Shown: positions 46,374 through 48,663 of the stretch, piece by piece | Position numbering within the stretch: position 1 is the first letter of the stretch | Layout: the number at the start of each line of letters is the position of its first letter | DNA from: Deltaproteobacteria bacterium | GTDB taxonomy: Bacteria > Myxococcota_A > UBA796 > SXON01 | Direction: 5' to 3' | NCBI GenBank assembly: GCA_016875435.1 | Contig: VGRE01000002.1 | Coordinates: forward strand, 1-48,663 | Length of the DNA: 48,663 bases | The notes under the pieces: generated by a model | What the model was told of the DNA's origin: nothing | What the model saw: only the letters and a program-made list of their open reading frames with translations | The model's database searches: none | Translations under genes and position numbers: made by a program

Positions 46374-48023
46374 CTACATGCGACGGCGACGCATCCAGGT
46401 GCCCACGGCGCCCACCACCGCGAGCCCCGGCACGCCGAGCATCGCCACCACGCTCACGAGCAGGGCGGAGAGCACCCCCACCTCGAGGCGACCCTTCTTC
46501 GCCTCGTTGGGCCGGATGCTGATCTGCCCGGCCTCATCGACCATCCACGCGAGGCCATTCATCAACAAGTCGCTGTTGACGCCCGAGGTGGCGAACTGGT
46601 TGCTCGCGAAGTCGGCGTCGCCGACCACGAGCACGCGCCCGCCGGCGGCCACGGGAAGGCTCGGCGCCGCGCTTGCGGCCGGCAGGCCGAGGCTAGGCGC
46701 GCCGTCGAGCGCCGCCGCCGGGGCCAGCGTCGTGGGGATCGCCCGGGGGTCGGCCACCTCGACCGCGACCATCAGCGGCACCTTGCCGATGATGTCCTCG
46801 CCCTCGGTGGGCTCGGCCACCTCGTCGCCGGTCTGCTCCAGTCTGGTCTCCGCCCAGCTCGCGTCGGTGCTCCGCGCCAGCTCCTGCACGTTGAGCCCGG
46901 CCACCTCGGGCCCCTTGCCCACCGAGCGCGCCAGCGGCAGCACCACCTGGCCGCGCAGTTCGTCGGTGATGGGGTGGGCGTCGAAGCTGTCGTCGGAGAG
47001 CACCACCCAGGTGGGGCCGCCCCCCGCGATCTGGCGGTAGGGGTCGCCCTCCACCACCACGTCGTTGCCGAGCTTCACGCCGTAGCGGCTCATGTCGGCG
47101 GCGGTGAGCGGGGCGTCGATCGGGTTGAGCAGCGCCACGAAGTTGCCGCCGGCGGCCACGTAGGCGGCGATCCGGTCGAGCTCGGCGGGGAGCAGGTCGG
47201 TCTGCGGGCCGGGGAGCACCAGCACATCGCAGGTGTCGGGCGTTGGCGCCTGATCGAGCAAGGCCAGCGACTGAACGGTGTAGTTCTGCTTCTGCATGCG
47301 GCCGAAGAGCGCCCCGAGGCCGCTCGGCGAGTAGCTGTCGTCGGCCTTGCCCTCGCCGTGCCCGGTGATGCTGCACACCGAGTGCGTCTTGCTGCTCGTG
47401 AGCTTGATCAGCGCGTTGGTGACGGCCTCCTCGTCGAAGCCGTACTCCACGCGCTGTTCGGCGTCGCCGAGCTTGAAAATGGCCGTGCCCGAGGGGCTGG
47501 TGATCCCCTCTTGCTCCACTGCCCAGGCGTCCACGTAGGGGTCGTGCATCTCGAGCTTCAAGAGCGTGCTCTGCTCGGTGTAGCCCTTCATCAGCTCGAG
47601 GAAGTTCCCCTCCTCGGGGCTCCCCTTCACGAAGAAGGCGAGCACCGCCACCTCGCGATCGAGGGCCCTCGTCACGTCGATCGACTGCGGCGACAGCGAG
47701 TAGCGCTTGGTCTGGGTCAGGTCCCAGCGCTTGTCGAAACGCACGCCCACCCAGTTGGCGGCGACGAGGATCGCCAGCCCGACCAGGAGCGTGATCCCGG
47801 CGGTGAAGCTCTGGCCCACCGTCTGGTCCTTGCCGAGGTCGGAGAGCGAGCCCCAGTCGAGGAACAACCACAGGCCGATGCACGCGGCCCCGGCCCCGCC
47901 GGTGGCATGCACCCAAACGGGCAGTTCCTCGAGGGCGTGGGTCCAAACCAGCGACATGCCGGCGAGGTACCCGAGCAGGATCACCGCGCCGACAACCGCG
48001 AACAACCAGCCGATTGCGCGCAT
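46374..48023 (-). CDS. GldG-like ABC-transport auxiliary component
   Basis: 549-aa ORF. N-terminal TMs, then DLTQTKRYSLSPQS..VAVLAFF.. and a C-terminal TM anchor (VLSALLVSVVAMLGVPGLAVVGAV). It is adjacent to an ABC-2 permease gene. Confidence 0.7.
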   Translation of the reverse strand: MRAIGWLFAVVGAVILLGYLAGMSLVWTHALEELPVWVHATGGAGAACIGLWLFLDWGSLSDLGKDQTVGQSFTAGITLLVGLAILVAANWVGVRFDKRWDLTQTKRYSLSPQSIDVTRALDREVAVLAFFVKGSPEEGNFLELMKGYTEQSTLLKLEMHDPYVDAWAVEQEGITSPSGTAIFKLGDAEQRVEYGFDEEAVTNALIKLTSSKTHSVCSITGHGEGKADDSYSPSGLGALFGRMQKQNYTVQSLALLDQAPTPDTCDVLVLPGPQTDLLPAELDRIAAYVAAGGNFVALLNPIDAPLTAADMSRYGVKLGNDVVVEGDPYRQIAGGGPTWVVLSDDSFDAHPITDELRGQVVLPLARSVGKGPEVAGLNVQELARSTDASWAETRLEQTGDEVAEPTEGEDIIGKVPLMVAVEVADPRAIPTTLAPAAALDGAPSLGLPAASAAPSLPVAAGGRVLVVGDADFASNQFATSGVNSDLLMNGLAWMVDEAGQISIRPNEAKKGRLEVGVLSALLVSVVAMLGVPGLAVVGAVGTWMRRRRM

Positions 48024-48032
48024 CCGGGCCCC

Positions 48033-48663
48033 CTACCGCCACCGCAGCGCTTCGATGCGCTGGGTGGTGGCAAACACGAAGAAGATGATGATGGAAACGA
48101 AGTAGACGGCATCCGTCACGTGGAGCACGCCCTTGGAGATGTTCTCGAAGTGCTCGAGCATCGACACCTGCTCGACCACCGCCTTGGCCTTGCCCTCGCC
48201 GAGCAGGCTACCGAGCCAGCCGAGGATCCAGAGCCCTAGGTTGATCGCCACCCCGGCCACCAGCGCGATCACCGGCTGGTCGGTGAGCGACGAGGTGAAC
48301 AGGCCCACGGCCACGAAGGTGGCGAGCAGCGCGATGAAGCCCACGTAGTTGCACAGCATCACGCCGTGGTCGGGCTCGCCGAGCCAGTAGAGAGACGCGG
48401 GCACGTAGGCGGTGGTCGCCACCATCAGGGAGGCGAAGGCGAGGCCGCCGAGGAACTTGCCCACGGCGATGGCGGTGGAGCTGATCGGCGAGGTGAGCAG
48501 CAGCTCGAGCGACTTCTCGCGACGGTCGGCCGCCACCAGGCCCATCGTGAGCGCTGGCATGACGAACACCACGATCACGCTCAGGTTGCCGAAGATGCCC
48601 TGGAGGAGCATCTCGGTGACGTTCTCCTCGCCACCCATCATCCCCATCGAGGCCGACTGGATG
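48033..48663 (-). CDS. ABC-2 (GldF-like) permease, 5'-truncated by the window edge
   Basis: The frame is open to the window end. Multi-TM with ADRREKSLELLLTSPIS. 9-nt gap to the gldG-like gene. Confidence 0.75.
   Translation of the reverse strand, partial: IQSASMGMMGGEENVTEMLLQGIFGNLSVIVVFVMPALTMGLVAADRREKSLELLLTSPISSTAIAVGKFLGGLAFASLMVATTAYVPASLYWLGEPDHGVMLCNYVGFIALLATFVAVGLFTSSLTDQPVIALVAGVAINLGLWILGWLGSLLGEGKAKAVVEQVSMLEHFENISKGVLHVTDAVYFVSIIIFFVFATTQRIEALRWR

Noticed and set aside
44286-48239. 541-aa and 714-aa plus-strand ORFs
   Set aside because: They are antisense to the GMC oxidoreductase and the GldG-like gene. They show no motifs and have shadow-ORF composition.

Overview
Dense, high-GC (by eye about 70%) bacterial chromosomal window. 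I call about 50 protein genes, two tRNA-Ser genes and a small SRP RNA. Most long ORFs lying opposite real genes are GC-driven shadow ORFs. The content is mostly core housekeeping: cca, tgt, lgt, gpsA, gshB-like, tadA, dnaX-ybaB-recR, uvrB, asnS, lpxD, cstA, obg, rsfS-rlmH and divIVA. Signalling and envelope genes that look Myxococcota-like are interspersed (taxon is inference only): a tandem-FHA sigma54 activator, a pseudokinase-PP2C fusion, an ECF sigma/anti-sigma pair, MopE-motif/FG-GAP lipoproteins and GldF/GldG-like ABC components. I saw no CRISPR array, IS element, integrase or prophage signal, and no obvious defence island. The most notable observations are these. (1) A near-consensus sigma54 promoter drives a 54-aa acidic ORF, followed by a membrane protein that combines a sigma region-4 HTH with an exact anti-sigma HxxxCxxC motif (39479-41277). 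(2) A TolC-like + NatAB-like ABC operon has a second permease fused to a CPBP protease and has no adaptor gene (10785-15657). (3) A kinase-like domain lacking catalytic motifs, with an inserted zinc ribbon, is fused to PP2C (2040-3686). (4) Three conserved genes (dnaX, asnS, rsfS) have reading-frame discontinuities, which may be assembly indels rather than biology. (5) An AT-containing inverted/heptamer repeat element lies between two convergent genes (43655-43810). (6) TAG is the majority stop codon, and four convergent gene pairs share a CTAG. All family calls come from motif recognition by eye, with no database search.
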